From a candidate division WOR-1 bacterium RIFCSPLOWO2_02_FULL_46_20 (lineage in GTDB: Bacteria > Margulisbacteria > WOR-1 > O2-12-FULL-45-9), in assembly GCA_001771365.1 (NCBI GenBank), contig METP01000048.1:1-57223 (forward strand): a stretch of 57,223 bases of DNA, given 5' to 3'. A model generated the notes under the pieces. That model searched no databases. It was not told the DNA's origin and saw only the letters and a list, made by a program, of their open reading frames with translations. This document shows positions 56,349-57,223 of this stretch, piece by piece; positions within the stretch are counted from its first letter, which is position 1; every line of letters begins with the position of its first letter. Position numbers and translations under genes: made by a program.

Positions 56349-57222
56349 ATCTATAACTGAGGGTTTCTGTGTCAGATTCGTCGATCTCAATCATAGTGTA
56401 GGGAAAAAAAACATTGGTGTCGGTTTCTCGGACGTTTAAATCTTCTAATCTTACTTCCAGATGAACATCGGCCGGGAGCACCATTAAATCGTTGGACTTT
56501 CCGCCAGCCATGGGCTGTGCCCAATTTTTAATTATACGGCTGATAATTTCCCGCCTGCCGGAAAACTCTTCGCCAAACTCGGTTAAAATTGCCAGAAGTG
56601 GTTTGCCGAGCCTGGCTTCCTTGATAAGATTGATGGAGCCGGACATTCCAAGATGCTGGCTTAATAATTTCCCTTCCTCTTTTTCTACCGAGCCAATGTT
56701 GAGCAGCAATACCTGGCACTCTTTATATTCTCGTCCCAGGCCTGCCTCGTAGCGGCTGTCGCCGGTTATGCCAATATTTAAGCAGCCGCCGTTTTTGCAA
56801 TCAGGGATCCTGGTATGGATTACCAGACCGACAGATGATTCCTGGTTGGTCCAGCGCTCTATGTGATATGCGGGTTTAATTGACAGGGTAAAGCCCTGTT
56901 TTTCCATTAAAGAGAGCCCTTCGATCTCAGTGATCTCCGCGCCCGGGACCAGTAATTTGAAGTTTATCTCGCGGTTGCCAAATAGATCGGTAGCAGAAAG
57001 TAAACCATGGAATTTTAAGAGTGTGCCGGAAGAGCCAAAAATATCAACAACCTTGGATTTTCTCTGTTCATTATGGTCGTTGTATTTGGCTAAAAGCGAC
57101 AGGATCCCTTCGACTGATTCTGTATGGTCATCATGATCATGGGTGATGATAATGGCATCAATATCGGCGATCCCCAGACCCAAATCCCTAAAGATGTCAA
57201 AAAAATCATAACCCGGGTCAAT
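56338..57222 (-). CDS. Metallo-beta-lactamase-fold hydrolase (5' truncated by window edge)
   Basis: Frame open to the edge with IDPG, then THDHDDH (HxHxDH), AYH, TGDS. Confidence 0.7.
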   Translation of the reverse strand: MDPGYDFFDIFRDLGLGIADIDAIIITHDHDDHTESVEGILSLLAKYNDHNEQRKSKVVDIFGSSGTLLKFHGLLSATDLFGNREINFKLLVPGAEITEIEGLSLMEKQGFTLSIKPAYHIERWTNQESSVGLVIHTRIPDCKNGGCLNIGITGDSRYEAGLGREYKECQVLLLNIGSVEKEEGKLLSQHLGMSGSINLIKEARLGKPLLAILTEFGEEFSGRREIISRIIKNWAQPMAGGKSNDLMVLPADVHLEVRLEDLNVRETDTNVFFPYTMIEIDESDTETLSYRFNG

Positions 57223-57223
57223 G

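Noticed and set aside
1-57223. CRISPR array, rRNA, integrase/transposase, prophage or riboswitch
   Set aside because: No regularly spaced repeats, recombinase motifs, phage structural genes or recognisable riboswitch cores seen by eye; an Rfam scan was not possible

Overview
Gene-dense bacterial chromosomal window from a diderm organism (TolC proteins, beta-barrels, an LptC/LptA-like gene and ADP-heptose genes) that is probably anaerobic or microaerophilic. The taxon cannot be fixed from this sequence. Positions ~400-15700 form an accessory metal/redox-stress region. It holds (1) a Fur-box-controlled beta-barrel / monoheme cytochrome c lipoprotein / beta-barrel operon ending in a broken feoB-feoA chimera; (2) an atypical heme-copper oxidase pair, with subunit II lacking CuA ligands and subunit I carrying Asp at both the helix-VI His and Tyr positions (NO-reductase/gNOR-like), followed by Rrf2, Nfu and hemerythrin genes; (3) a CusCBA-type efflux operon preceded by a secreted Cys-rich uORF ending in HAPP (candidate metal-sensing ribosome-arrest leader) and followed by YHS and free CuA-type cupredoxin genes; and (4) a Cys-less Rrf2 gene followed by an unannotated ferredoxin remnant. 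The rest is mostly housekeeping: larE, iscR-iscS-iscU, mnmA, nadA, tRNA-Met, tilS, folP, folK, tsaE, tsaB, rimI, metH, a MacAB-TolC-type operon interrupted by a Bro-N gene, trxB, gmhA-gmhB-hldE, asd, cysE-cysS, an MNT-HEPN toxin-antitoxin pair, serS, trpG/pabA, a FemABX gene with murE (DDPR motif), and mtnA. Two window-wide patterns stand out: at least eight genes with a -10 box 6-7 nt before the start codon (leaderless mRNAs), and short palindromic or tandem repeat families inserted in-frame in cusB, metH and murE. All calls come from motif reading by eye; no searches were run.
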